DNA of 64,000 nt from Octopus sinensis (lineage: Eukaryota): contig NC_043010.1 in assembly GCF_006345805.1 (NCBI RefSeq), positions 61,814,001-61,878,000 on the forward strand. Reading direction: 5' to 3'. Positions 37,037 through 49,501 of this stretch are shown here, piece by piece (positions within the stretch are counted from its first letter, which is position 1; each line of letters opens with the position of its first letter). The translations under genes were made by a program, and so were the position numbers. The notes below the pieces were generated by a model that did not search any database, was not told the DNA's origin, and worked only from the letters and a program-made list of their open reading frames with translations.

Positions 37037-38027
37037 GGCCAAGCATTGTCAGCAAATCTGGAAATGAGACGGTCACCGAAGAGAGGACGAAGAACGTCCA
37101 TTGATGCTCTGGCTGTGTGGGCTGTCGGCCCATCCTGCTGAAACCACACACGTCAAATAGGAATACATTTTCGTTGTAATTCAGGCACAAAGAAGTCGTT
37201 TATCATCTCAATGTAACACTCGGAGTTCATAGTAACAGCACTTCCGTTATTGTCTTCAAAAAATCAAGGACCAATGACGGTAGCTTTTCCAACTGCACAC
37301 CAGACCGTCACTTTTGGGATGTGCAATGGTCTTTCATGCAGTTCTCTCGGATTTTCAAGAGCACAATAACAGTAGTTCTGTTGATTCACCATTCCGTTGA
37401 GATGAAAATGAGCTTCATCGCTCATTAACAAAATGAGGTTGTCATTTGCTTCAAAAATTGCTTCCATCTGACGTGAGAAGTCAAGCCGTTGTGCATGGTC
37501 CCATGGTTTCAACTGTTGCCCAATGACCAATTTGTACGGATGGAAATTCAGGATTTCATGTAAAATACACCTTACCGATCGATTATCGATGCCAAGTTCA
37601 GTGGAAGGACTCTGAGTAGAGCGATTCGGGCTCTGTGTCAAAGCTTGTCTGACGCGTTCCACATTTTCCGGGGTCCGTACCGTTCGTGGCACCCCCACCA
37701 GTCTCCTATTTATTAGTGTACTTCGCGTACGAAGAGCATTCACCCAACGTAAGATTGTGTTACGGGTGGGAACAGCCTGGTTTCAGTGAATGTTGAAGTG
37801 ACGCCGAAACTCCCGCTGAACTTCTGTGACAGATTCGCTATTCTTCACGTAACTGTCGCATGCAAATGCGCGATGCTCTATCGTCCACACCGCCATGGCT
37901 CCACCAGAAAAGAAAAAAAAAATGCTAAGGCACCACGGACCGAAGGGTACATGTCCGACATATGTCCCTCCCCCTGGGACTGAGTAAGAGCCATTTCAAA
38001 AACGTACGTCTTATCTGCCCCACTCTG
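37037..38027 (-). mobile_element. Tc1/mariner-superfamily transposon (DUF4817-HTH, rosa-like), 3'-truncated, pseudogenised
   Basis: TA|cagagtggggcagataag terminus at 38027. ATG at 37896 gives MAVWTIEHRAF...SDEAHFHLNG...PLHIPKVTVWC...WFQQDG, with three in-frame stops. The third catalytic residue and second TIR are absent. Confidence 0.8.
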
Positions 38028-38221
38028 TATGTGTGTGTGTATATATATACCTTCGAAACACGCATTGAGTCGAACCAGGGACAGCTGATGAAGGGGAATT
38101 TTCCTTGTATTCTTTGTCCTGTACTCTGTTTTTTCGTTGTTAAAAAAAGTCCGTTTCCTTGTTTGATTTTATGTTTTCGTTTCTCGTTGTGTTCTACGTT
38201 TATTTGTGGTGTCCTTTACTC

Positions 38222-38272
<51 letters not shown>

Positions 38273-38384
38273 GTATGCATGTATATATACATGTAGATGT
38301 AAGTATGTACATATATGTATGTATATATGCATGTTTTATTTATTATATTGTTATTATATATATATATATATATATATATATCCA

Positions 38385-39385
38385 CCACCTTCACCACTTC
38401 CACCACCACTACCACTACCACCACAACCACTACCACCACCACCACAACCACACCACCACCACCACCACCACCACCACCACCATCAACAACACTGTCACCA
38501 CCATTAGCATCGCAACCACATCCACCACTATCTGTATCACTACCAGCCGCCACCGAAAATAACAAGGCCACCGCCACCATTATTTTTATCAGCGCCACCG
38601 TCACCACCACTATCATCAATATTACCCCCACTACCTCCTCCTCCTCCACCACCATCACCACCTCCATCTTCACCACCTTCACCACCTTCACCACCACATA
38701 CATCTCCACCATCACCATCACCCCCCCCCCATTCATCGTCTGCTGTTGCCGCCATTTACGAATGTTTTCAATAAAACTCTCCTGTCGACTTCCTTCCGCC
38801 AGAGAAATGACTAAGCGGAGTTTGCGAAAGAAAATGATTTTCAACAATTTTTATCCCTTCCAGGCAAACGTAATAAGTTCCAACAATGTCGGTTAGCTAA
38901 CTGCTTTATATAATATGTATGTAGGTGTGTGTATGTATGTATGTATGTATGTATGTATGTATGTATGTATGTATGTATGTATGTATGTATGTATGTATGT
39001 ATGTATGTATGTATGTATGTATGTATGTATGTATTGTATGTATGTAGGTGTGTGTGTGTGTATGTATGTATGTATGTATGTATGTATGTATGTATGTATG
39101 TATGCATGCATGTATGTATGTATGTATTGTATGTATGTAGGTGTGTGTGTGTGTGTATGTATGTATTGTATGTATGTATGTATGTATGTTTATAGACACA
39201 TGTTATCTAGCTATTTATCTGTATGTGCGTGTGTTTATATCTATATCTGTAGCTCTCTCTCTCTCCACACACACACACACACACATAGATACGTACGTAC
39301 GTACATACATACATACATACATACATACATACATACATACATACATACATACATACATACATACATACATACATACATACATACA
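38385..39385. repeat. (CAC)n low complexity plus (TATG)n and (TACA)n arrays
   Basis: Direct reading. Confidence 0.95.
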
Positions 39386-40321
39386 AAAATGTATATATAT
39401 TTATATATATGTGTGTAACATAAATTACGGATGGGAAAGGTTTAGAAAATCTAGTGGAAGCTTTAAAATACACGGTACTCCATACGGGAACAATCTTTAT
39501 ACTGGAGAACACATAAACTCCGGTAAATGACAGAGAGACTAACAGGCTTAACGTTAAACTGTCGAGAAAACACGATTCATTTCAATAGCCAATCATGTTC
39601 TTTCTTGGACACGATTAGCAGACCAATGCGCGCGCGAGTATGTATGCACGTATGTGTGTGTAGATGTATGTATATTCGAATGTATATATATATAATATAT
39701 ATAAGCTTATATGTTTGTGTATGTTTCCATGTATGTATATATGTGCATCTATGTATATGTATGTGTGGAAGAAAGTATGTTCGTATGCATGCATGTGTAT
39801 TCCCAATTGACAAACGAAGGCAGTTTGCAGTTATGTTTACGATAATTGCAGTAGCATAAGCCAACCCCGGAAACATCTGGATTGCTGCAACAGAATGCAG
39901 TATAAATAAACAGCAACATGGCTAGAGTTTTGGAAGCTAAAAGTAAGACTTACAAAGGAATGAGAATGCACAGGATTGAATATGTAATAAGAGGATGCAC
40001 TGCGCACTGGCAGAATCTGGAGACCTACGTAGAGAATAGGGCCCGTGAGCTACATTAAAATGGATGAAGCCTATTAAGAAGCAAAACACACATTTTGTTA
40101 CCTAATTGGGGTAGAGACAAAAGAGAGAGAGAGAGAGAGAGAATAAGAAATACAACACTGTGAAATAAAACCTTCCTTGTTGCTATTAAAGTTTTCTATA
40201 TTTTAATATTTTGATCCAATGGTTTTCAAATTTAGTGTACCGATTTTGTTTTTTACACTAATTACGAACATGAAATTCATTTTTGTTATAGATTAATAAA
40301 TAAGAAGTTAATAGGTATTAA

Positions 40322-40616
40322 TTACATTATTTACATTAGACGGATATTTGTCCTCAACTTGTTTGTTGTTAACACAACGTTTCGGCTGATATACCCTCCA
40401 ACCTTATCAGGAGTCTTGGGGAAATTTCGAAACGGGTTCTCATTCCTAAGGTATTTTTCGATGATGTTGTTGTTGTTGTTGTTATTATTATTATCATTAT
40501 TATTATTATTATTAGTAGTAGTAGTAGTAGTAGTAGTAGTATTCAGGTCACTGCCTGGGATCGAACTCGGAATCTTGGGGTTAGTAGCCCGCGTTCTTAA
40601 CCACAACGCCATATGG
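40322..40616 (-). mobile_element. tRNA-headed element carrying a hammerhead motif
   Basis: Head tggcgttgtggttaag...gagttcgatcc (40616-40543), trinucleotide microsatellite, then a unit with the hammerhead motif at 40371-40415. Confidence 0.6.
40371..40415 (-). ncRNA. Minimal type I hammerhead ribozyme motif (family 2)
   Basis: GACUC CUGAUAA GGUUG gaggguauau CAGCC GAAA C GUU GUGUU: 5-bp stem II, 4/5 stem I, palindromic AACGUU; G8 missing. Confidence 0.6.
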
Positions 40617-41968
40617 GTCTTTTAGTAAAATTTAATGAAAATATAGGCGCAAGTGTTGTTCTGTGATAAGAAGTTTGCTTCTCATCCACATGATCCCGGG
40701 TTCAGTGCCACTGCGTGGAACCTTGGGCAATTCCTCATCTCTTAAATAAATATAGAAAGAAGTAAATAGCTTTTAAAATTTTGCAAATTTTTGATAATTT
40801 TAGCCCTTGTCACGATAGTAACAAGCGAAGCTGTAGTCCGACCAAACCACAACTATCACGTGCATTTTTCGTCATCTGTGTATTTTCTTTGACGACGAGT
40901 GCCTCTATATTTTCTGGATGTTTTAACCTCATTTTCATAATTTCCCCCTGTGGCTCTTTTCGGTTGTTGTCACGACAGATTTTATTTGGAATTTTGTAAA
41001 CTTATTTTCATAATTTTGAAAATTTATTATTTGTTTATGTGAACTATCAAAAAGTTCATCGTCATAATGTTTTGCTTCCATTTTGCGACAGATAGCTATC
41101 ACTCAGAAAATGCCAGCTTCTAAACCTTGTCTTCTGATTGGCTAAAAATGATCAAACATTGAACATCTGTAACATTTTTCTAAAATTTTTCTGGAATAAA
41201 TGAGTCACAAAATCGGATTCAGCGGGACAAATTATATCAATATTACTAAATTTGTAAATTTTCACGTAATTTTAAGCTATCAAAATTTGTGACAACGAAA
41301 GAAAACATCCGGGAAATGTTTTATGGCGTGGAACAGAAACTAATCGAAAACTAAGGCAGAAAACATAAAGCAACAGCAGATCTTAGGTTAAAATTACTAA
41401 TTGACATCGTTACACAATAGAGGAATAGGAAAAATATAATAAGCTATAAAGCAAAATCGGAAACAGGGATGAAATATATATGACACGATTGGTAACCGAT
41501 CTGTACAAAAGAGCAGGGTTGATGAGAGGGAAGGTTCAGTTAGTATATCGCTCCGGTCTAAAAAGGGCTTCCCTGAATTTCTGACGGGAAGAGGAGACCC
41601 ACCTCATTCCCAGGTGGGGCCCGAAAGGAATTTCGTTCTACTTTGCAAAACTTCCCCCGGTGGTCCCTACGAAGGGCACAAATAATAAAAAAAACTGATA
41701 CTGAAGCCATGGAAAAATAAAAAGACAGATTTACAGTAACACTTTGGTTCATGTCCCATGGGACCAGACTCAATTTGATGATAATTTTCATGAGGAAAAC
41801 CACACTTAAAATCAAGTTCCCTTCTGGACATTGCCCTCGTCAATGAAATAGGGTTCGATGGCCAGAGAATAAATGGTCTTTGATTGATATTTGCTGTAGG
41901 ACAATGCTTTCTGAAGTGGATCCTGTTTAACAAAAATTTAGGGTTTCGTAAAATTTAATGAAAATATA

Positions 41969-42125
41969 GGCGCAAGTGTGGTTCTGTGGTAAGAAGTTTG
42001 CTTCCCATCCACATGGTCCCGGGTTCAGTGCCACTGCGTGGAACCTTGGGCAAGTGTCTTCTACTGTAGCTTCGGGACGACCAAAGCCTTGTGAGTGGAT
42101 TTGGTAGACGGAAACAGAAATTCTG

Positions 42126-42178
<53 letters not shown>

Positions 42179-42700
42179 GTGTGTGTTAGTTAGTTAGTTC
42201 ATTAGTTAATTTTTTGGCTCAAAAAGCAAAAAAGCAAGGCCATGTAGAGGGACATGGAGTTATGTACATGGTGGTGTTCATGTAAAGAGTTCAGGCCACT
42301 TGTGGTCAAGGGAGACTTTGAACCGAGCGGTCATCAGCATCTTCACCATCTCGTCCGGCAGCTTATTCCACGGATCCGCAACCCGGACGGAGAAAGCCCC
42401 TCTCCTTCGATTGAGATGAAATCGTCGCAGATAGAGCTTTTCGGAATGACCCCGCAGCCGACGCTCTGGAGCAGGAGTGAAGAACAGCTCCTTCGAGAGG
42501 TTACACTTTCCGCTTATGATGTTGTGAGCAAGAATGAGATCACCACGGTGTCGTCGTTTTTCTAGAGAATAAAGGTCGAGCGTCTTCAGCCTTGTTTGTA
42601 TGTGTGTACATGTGTGTGTGTGTGTGTGGTGTGTGTGTGTGTGTGTCTGTGTCTGTGTCTGTGTCTGTGTTTGTCTCCTGCCCCACCGTTTGAAATCGTT
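41969..42700 (+). mobile_element. SINE family A/B interrupted by a CR1 fragment in its (TG)n
   Basis: 5' half 41969-42127; resumes as gtctgtgtttgtc near 42660. Confidence 0.7.
42186..42600 (-). mobile_element. 5'-truncated CR1-clade LINE, (ACTA)n-like tail
   Basis: Open frame LKTLDLYSLEKRRHRGDLILAHNII...FSVRVADPWNKLP...ELFT* (stop at 42278-42280), typical of the CR1 C-terminus. Confidence 0.85.
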
Positions 42701-42989
42701 TTTCGTGTTTCCATAATTTAATTGTTCGTACCTCTATTTGTTCGGCAACCGCAGTATTTCGACCTTACTGAGACGTTTTCCGATGACGAAAAGTAACAGC
42801 GATCAAACAGTCCCGTTCGAATCTACTCGAACCTATTAAGAATGAACAGATACGTTATTGTTATAACTTGGATTCTCTCTGTTCTGCAAGCACCTCATAG
42901 ATTATTATCTGTCTGGAAGGCATTAACACATATAAGCAAGTAATTTGCTGACTTCTATAACCAAAAGCCTGAACTCTTGTTAGCTTAAT

Positions 42990-43745
42990 CCGTCCGGAGG
43001 GGTGGCTTTGACCAACCCGTGAGGCTGAATCATTGTATAGGTCAAAGGACTATCTTTACAAAGCCACAATTCGTCCTTGTATGGAAAACTGTTGTCGTAT
43101 TTATGCAGATATACCTATTTCTTTATTACCCACAAGGGGCTAAATATAGAGGGGACAAACATGGACAGACATAGGTATTAAGTCGATTATATCGACCCCA
43201 GTGCGTAACTGGCACTTAATTTATCGACCCCGAAAGGATGAAAGGCAAAGTCGACCTCGGCGGAATTCGAACTCAGAACGTAACGGTAGACGAAATACCG
43301 CAAAGCATTTCGCCCAACGTGCTAACGTTTCTGCCAGCTCGCCGCCTTTGGGCAGATATACCGTCTTGACAACGGGACCTTCTCGTCTGGGTTCAGAAGT
43401 GATTCTCTAATTTGATTGGTCCCTCTCTTGCTTCAACTCCGCATCCCTTGTCACACTGACATGACGTCACCAGTCTTTGTCTTTGCCATCATTTTTGCCG
43501 CCACAGGAAGTCATCTGATGGACTTTCTCTCTCAGTTCCAGATCACTTTCTGCCATCTCGCCTCACTCAAAACTCACAATGTCTCTATCTAAATGCTGTT
43601 GTACTTCCATGAATAAGGAAGTCTTTCTATGGTCGCAGCTTTTCCCCTCAAACTGCCAGACTTTGGAACTCTCTTCCATCTCATTGTGTTCCTCCTTCTC
43701 ACGACCTGAACTCTTTCGAGTCTGAAGTAAATTCATTCTTTTCGC
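42990..43745 (+). mobile_element. Decayed CR1/Jockey-group LINE remnant split by a family C SINE
   Basis: LYKATIRPCMENCCRIWAD...; FPQTARLWNSLPSHCVPPSHDLNSFESEVN. Confidence 0.7.
43116..43347 (-). mobile_element. SINE family C with TSD
   Basis: gcagatatacc at 43105-43115 and 43352-43362. Confidence 0.9.
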
Positions 43746-44519
43746 CTTGTTTGGGATTTTTTTTAATAAAAAAAAAGGAGACAACAAGGTCGAAATATTA
43801 CGGTGTCTCAAAGTCACTTTACATCCGAGAATCATGTTATGAACACGAATCGTCTGAAAGAGGGAGGAGTTCTCTGATTTAGAAAAACGACTGCAATGAG
43901 ATATTCACGTTCGGATTTATCAGAACGTATTGAGAACAAACAGATACGTTATTGTTACATAAAAAAAGTTCTTCTGGTGGCTTTGAGGAAAGACAGTGGA
44001 AGCCGTTGTTAAGGGATTTGGTGAAGTGTCAGATATATATAGAAACGCATGACCAGGAATAAACGGTGACATGGCGGTTATTTCTGGTTAATTAACTTCG
44101 GTTTTATCACCGTTTGATGTTTGTCGTTAAACAGACCGATTACAAACTTTTAAAGAAGGGGCGGACTATCTAAATCGGAGGCGGAGGAGGAGGAGGAGGA
44201 GAGGAGGAGGAGGAGACGGAAAGAGAAGTCGAAGCCACTTCATCTAATTTTCGGGTTGGTCACTTTGATGGGTCATTGATAAAAGTGCTTCAGGATGTAC
44301 TTTAACAAGATCTCGTGTCACATGTTTGGGACGACGACGACGATGATGTTGGTGGTGGTGGCGGCGGCGGCGGCGGTGGTGGTGATGGTGGTGGTGGTGG
44401 TGGTGGTGATGGTATGATGATGACACGCGAGTAAAAGTTAAGCCTTTACGTTTCAAAAATATCAATATCGCTCGTCAGTATATTAAGTATCTGCGTGTAT
44501 GCATATACGCAGACATAAA

Positions 44520-44746
44520 CACACCAACACCGGTTGTCAAGCGGTGCTGGAAGACAATCATAGACACAAACACACGTGCGCGCGACGTGCTTCCTTCAGT
44601 TTCCATCTACAAAATCCACTAATAAGTCTTTGGTCGGCCTAAGGCTATAGAGGAAAGATACTTGCCCAAGGTATCGCGCAGTAAGGTTGAACCCAGAACC
44701 ACGAGGTTGGGAAACAAACTTCTTACCACACAGCCATGCCTGCGCC
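44520..44746 (-). mobile_element. SINE family A/B (partial)
   Basis: Reverse-complement match to the head of 2613-3016. Confidence 0.75.
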
Positions 44747-44828
44747 TATATACACACATGCATACACACACACACATACATACATACATACATACATACA
44801 CATACGTACATACATACATACATACATT

Positions 44829-45205
44829 ATGGCTGCCCCCTCGTTATCGAGTATGGCCATTGCACGAAGCTTAGCTGTTACTGGTGTTTTGATCGAATGT
44901 GACTTTTTAGCCCAGCTAAAGATCTACAATGTCTTGTACAGAATTGGCAACTAAAACCTTTACCGGTAATAGCCGGCTGTAGTTGTAACTGGGCTTCATG
45001 TACCTTTGCATGTCGTTTAAGTCCTCCTGCCGAATTACACTCTCTTCCACATGCCCGACAGATATGATTAGTATGATTAGTGTGGTGTGTTACCCCACCA
45101 CCAGTGGCCAGGTTGTCACTCATCTGTCTCGCTTTATGACTACGAAGATGACTCTTGAGTCCAGCTTTACTGAGGCAGGGTCTTGTACAGACACTGCATG
45201 TCAGC
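44829..45205 (-). mobile_element. 5'-truncated RTE-clade LINE 3' end encoding three C2H2 fingers
   Basis: CSVCTRPCLSKAGLKSHLRSH / CRACGRECNSAGGLKRHAKVH / CQFCTRHCRSLAGLKSHIRSKH*, then short 3' UTR tggccatactcgataacgagggggcagcc and (ATGT)n. Confidence 0.7.
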
Positions 45206-45255
45206 ATACATACATACATACATACATACATACATACATACATACATACATACAA

Positions 45256-45857
45256 GTTATGATTTGATGCAAAAATGGTCTTTTTCCAGTCGAGAAAGCA
45301 ATAAGGAGCACACTTCGAGGGATCTGATTTTTTGAATCTCGTTCAGTTGATGTGGAACAAACTTATCTGTTTTCTTGACTTTTCCAATTTTTTACAGGTG
45401 TCCAAAAACAGTCGTGCGAGATGTTTAGAGTTCTGATGAAAGTTTTCGAACCTTTGCCCTCAGATTTTGTTCAACCAAAACATTTAATCCATCATGCCGA
45501 GTAACTGATTTTGGCCTACCTCTTTGTTTATTTTCAAGGCTATCATTTCCTGAACGAGAGCTCTGGAACTATTTCTGAACAGTTAAGATGTCAACAAAAC
45601 CTTTACAGAAGGCCCGCTCGATATTCCATAGAGCTTCTGCGGTAGAGTGACCCAGTTTGTACTCATACGAAAAAACCACTCAACATTGTTTGGTTGCTAT
45701 CATTTTCATGAGGTCTGTGGGTACGAATTTTGCATACCAATATTGCTTAGAAAGAAAAAGAGTCGAGATTAACTGCAAAGGTATAACATAATTCAGTTTT
45801 TAAATGACTGAAAAATCAAATAATTACAAATGCGACATTTCATGTGAAACAACCTAA
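45256..45857 (-). mobile_element. Mariner transposon 5' half, pseudogenised
   Basis: TA|ttaggttg terminus at 45857. Translation YKLGHSTAEA...RGRP...KIGKVKKTDKFVPHQLNE...LHQIITC with stops; breaks at the microsatellite just before the first catalytic D. Confidence 0.8.
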
Positions 45858-46434
45858 TACTTTGCCTTTCATCCTTTCGGGGTCGATAGATTAAGTACAA
45901 GTTGCGTACTGGGGTCGATCTGATCAACTGGCCCCCCTCCCCAAAAATTTCGGGCCTTGAGTAGAAAAGAATATTTTCTCGCCAAATGCTATAAAAAAGA
46001 AAATTCGAGAAATTATGAATTTTTTTGCAACCTCACATCCTGCCCCCGGTTGTTTGTTTAGAAATTAAAATATTGCAGAGCCTGAGAAGGTCATTGATGG
46101 CATTTATCCACAGTGATTACGAAAAAAAAAAAAAAAATTACGTGGAAGGAGCTTGGAAACCATTCAAGGACACACAAATACCGTTTAGTTCCATTTCAAC
46201 ATTAAAGCTTCATTGTGTGAAAAGATTCTCGTCGCTTTGAAACCGCGACCTCTTCACTGACAAAACTTCACGAAAGTGATGCAGCACGAAGTTTTGTCAG
46301 TGAACAGTACACGCACGCACACACACACACGCACACACACGCACGCACATATTCATTGCTTTTTATTTGAGTGTATCTGTGTGTGCGCGAGTGTGTATCG
46401 GTGTGTGTCACTGTTGAAGTTGTGTCTAGAAATT

Positions 46435-46667
46435 TATTTCTTTACTACCCACAAGGGGCTAAACATAGAGAGGACAAACAAGGACAGACAAACGGATTAA
46501 GTCGATTACATCGACTCCAGTGCGTAACTGGTACTTAATTTATCGACCACGAAAAGATGAAAGGCAAAGTCGACCTCGGCGGAATTTGAACCCAGAACGT
46601 AACGGCAGACGAAATACAGATACGTATTTCGCCTGGCGTGCTAACGTTTCTGCCAGCTCGCCGCCTT
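46435..46667 (-). mobile_element. SINE family C with 16-bp TSD
   Basis: gttgtgtct(a/g)gaaatt at 46419-46434 and 46668-46683. Confidence 0.9.
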
Positions 46668-47566
46668 GTTGTGTCTGGAAATTGTGAATAAGGTGCAAAT
46701 TTCCAGTACTTATCGGTAACATTTTTTTTTCTCCTCGCCTTCCAATAGTAATTACACAACTTTCTAAGCTCTTCTCACAGTTATCCAGCATTCAAAAATT
46801 ATACGGGTATTTAAAGAAAAATTTCATTCAATAAATAATGTTTTTACATTACGTATACATTAATAGCAAATTAAAACTTAAAGAAGAAAGTGAGAGACTT
46901 TGCAAATGAAAATAGAGTACTCCGCAGTGAATGCAACGAATATTTAAATTTGTTATGAATTGGAATTAAAAAATTCAATAAACTCGAGCGAAGTTCTTAG
47001 AACCTGAATTTATAAAAATATTTCCAGACGATCAACCCTTTAATAATTGCTTTATTTTAGTACTTTTAGTAATTAATAAGCAGCTTTCTCCAGTATAGTA
47101 TAGATTGTTGTTGTTGTTGTTGTTGTTATTATTGAATTGAAATGAAAGGAAAAATTTTTAACGAATGCGTACACAGATGTACATACACAGATAGTAAACA
47201 TGTCTGTATGTTCTGTGTATTCCAAAAGTATCCTAATGTAATCCTTATTGCCCTCTGCGCAGCCTGATGATTTTCAATACACGGTATTTAAAGGGCAAAA
47301 TTTTGTAAATTTAATTTTGTTTGTGAAATGAAACAATTGTCGTTATATATACATACAAGAATGAAAAGGGCCCTCGACTAACGAAAGAAAAGGGGTACTC
47401 AATACATTTAGTAGGAGTTACATATATTATTTAGTTTGATTCGGTTCCATGCGACCCAAGTGCGTCTCTTTGAAGATTGAATGAGACGGTCTTCTATTTA
47501 AGGCCGGCGAAACTTTAAGTCACATGGATCCGAATAACACTTTTTAAAATTATATATACATATGTG

Positions 47567-47931
47567 GCACTCCGTCGGTTACGACGACGAGGGTTCCCGT
47601 TGATCCGATCAATTGAACAGCCTGCTCGGGAAATTAACGTGCAAGTGGCTGAACATTTCACAGACACGTGTACCCTTAACGTAGTTCTCGGGGAGATTCA
47701 GCGAGACACAGAGTATGACAAGGCTGGCCCTTTGAAATACAGGTACAACAGAAACAGGAAGAAAGAGTGTGAGAAAGTTGTGGTGAAAGAATACAGCAGG
47801 GTTCGCCACCAACCCCTGCCGGAGCCTCGTGGGGCTTTAGATGTTTTCGCTTAATAAACACTCACAACGCCCGGTCTGGGAATCGAAACCGCGAGTCCAC
47901 TGCCCTAACCACTGGGCCACTGCGCCTCCAC
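47567..47931 (-). mobile_element. SINE family D
   Basis: Match to 25089-25411 and 58651-59025. Confidence 0.88.
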
Positions 47932-48011
47932 TATATATATATATCAGAATCGCTAGCATCTGCACGCATTTTTTTCTCTCCTTGTTTCTCTCCGTGTTTC
48001 TTTTCTGTGTA

Positions 48012-48049
48012 TCTTTCTGTTGAAGAGCGTAGGCTCGAAACGTAAAAGA
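48012..48049 (+). ncRNA. Minimal type I hammerhead ribozyme motif (family 1, best copy)
   Basis: UCUUU CUGUUGA A GAGC GUAG GCUC GAAA C GUA AAAGA: perfect stems I and II; A6>U is the only core substitution. Confidence 0.65.
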
Positions 48050-48146
48050 CTTGTTTTATTTATATTCCTGAGCGCCATACCAATACAATTGTTTGTTTGT
48101 ATTCCACCTGCCTTCGTCTTTTGTTTATTTTCATAAAGCTTCCTGT

Positions 48147-48253
<107 letters not shown>

Positions 48254-49453
48254 TTAAAAATAGGTATTGGGGTCGATTCATTCAGTGACCAGGTTGCAAA
48301 TAGTACGACGAAAATTTTGACATTAAATAATAATTGTTTAACTTGCTTTATTTTTTTTATCTTTTAGCTCTGCGTGGGCCTGGAATTACCGGTGTAGGAA
48401 AGAGTAGGGTCATAATTTCCCATTACTGAGGCTGCCAAGGGAGCCATTAGGTGACTCTGGATAAACATGGCTGACCGGTTGTTTGCTGGTACTGGGATGC
48501 GAGCTGTGACTTGATGCAATCCCGGCTGAGTCAACTGGGTGAGAGGGTGGGATCTGATGTTGAAAAACACGAAACCCCGGAGACCCCACAAGCATCACTC
48601 ACGACGCATCCCCCAGCATCCAGTTCTTGTGTGTGTTTTTTAATGGCTAATATATCTTCCACTCTGTAATTACAACTCCGAAACGAATCAACTTTGTTTT
48701 ATTGGAGTATTAAATCCCAAGACGGCGACCACCACCGTACTTGACTAGGACTTTATTTCATCGATCCAAGGATGAAAGGGAAAGTTAACCTCAGCGGAAT
48801 TTGAACTCAAACCGTAAAGGGCAGTAGCTAAATACTGCAGCCATTTTGTACCCCCTCTCCTTTCTCGCTTTTTCTTTTTTTCTCACGCTCCTACATACAC
48901 GTACACACACACACAAACTTACGTACGTACGTACATAAACATACGTACATACATACATACGTACATACGTATGTACATACACTCCTTAGCTCGCGCCGGC
49001 GTCATCGTGTCGGCTGGAGGTTTACTGGTGTATGTATGAAGTTGATAGCTTCTGTGAAGTTCAGAAAGATTCGTTGAAATTGTAGTAACGATGTTCTTCG
49101 TGTCCATTTAAAATTTATCTAACAAAAGGAAGACGGTGTAATTCTGTACCGAGAGGGAGAGAAGAGAGAGAGTGTATGTGTGTGTGTTTATGTATGTGTA
49201 TGGAAGAGATAGTAAGAACGTGTATGTGTGTTAGTGCATATATGTGCGTGTGTATGTATGTGTATGGTGGGGGAAAGGAGAGAGAAAAATCATAGCAACT
49301 GTGTAAATGTGTCTGTATGTATATATACGGGAAAGAGAGATAGCGAGAGTGTGTATGTGTGCTAGTGCATCTATGTGTGTATGTCAATGCATGTGTATGT
49401 ATTTCTGTGTCGAGAGAGAAATGGGTTGTATGTATTTATGTATGTATACATGA

Positions 49454-49501
<48 letters not shown>

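Noticed and set aside
38050-38100. Possible type II hammerhead (ccttcGAAAc...gtc...CTGATGAagggg)
   Set aside because: Stem I cannot pair and stem III is only 2 bp.
44878-45255. Second host C2H2 ZNF gene
   Set aside because: The ORF start lies in a microsatellite, there are no TGEKP linkers or splice acceptor, and it ends in an RTE-like 3' UTR and tail.
35617-46683. GGTA target-site preference of family C
   Set aside because: Only 2 of 4 TSD-defined sites begin with GGTA; too few to support.
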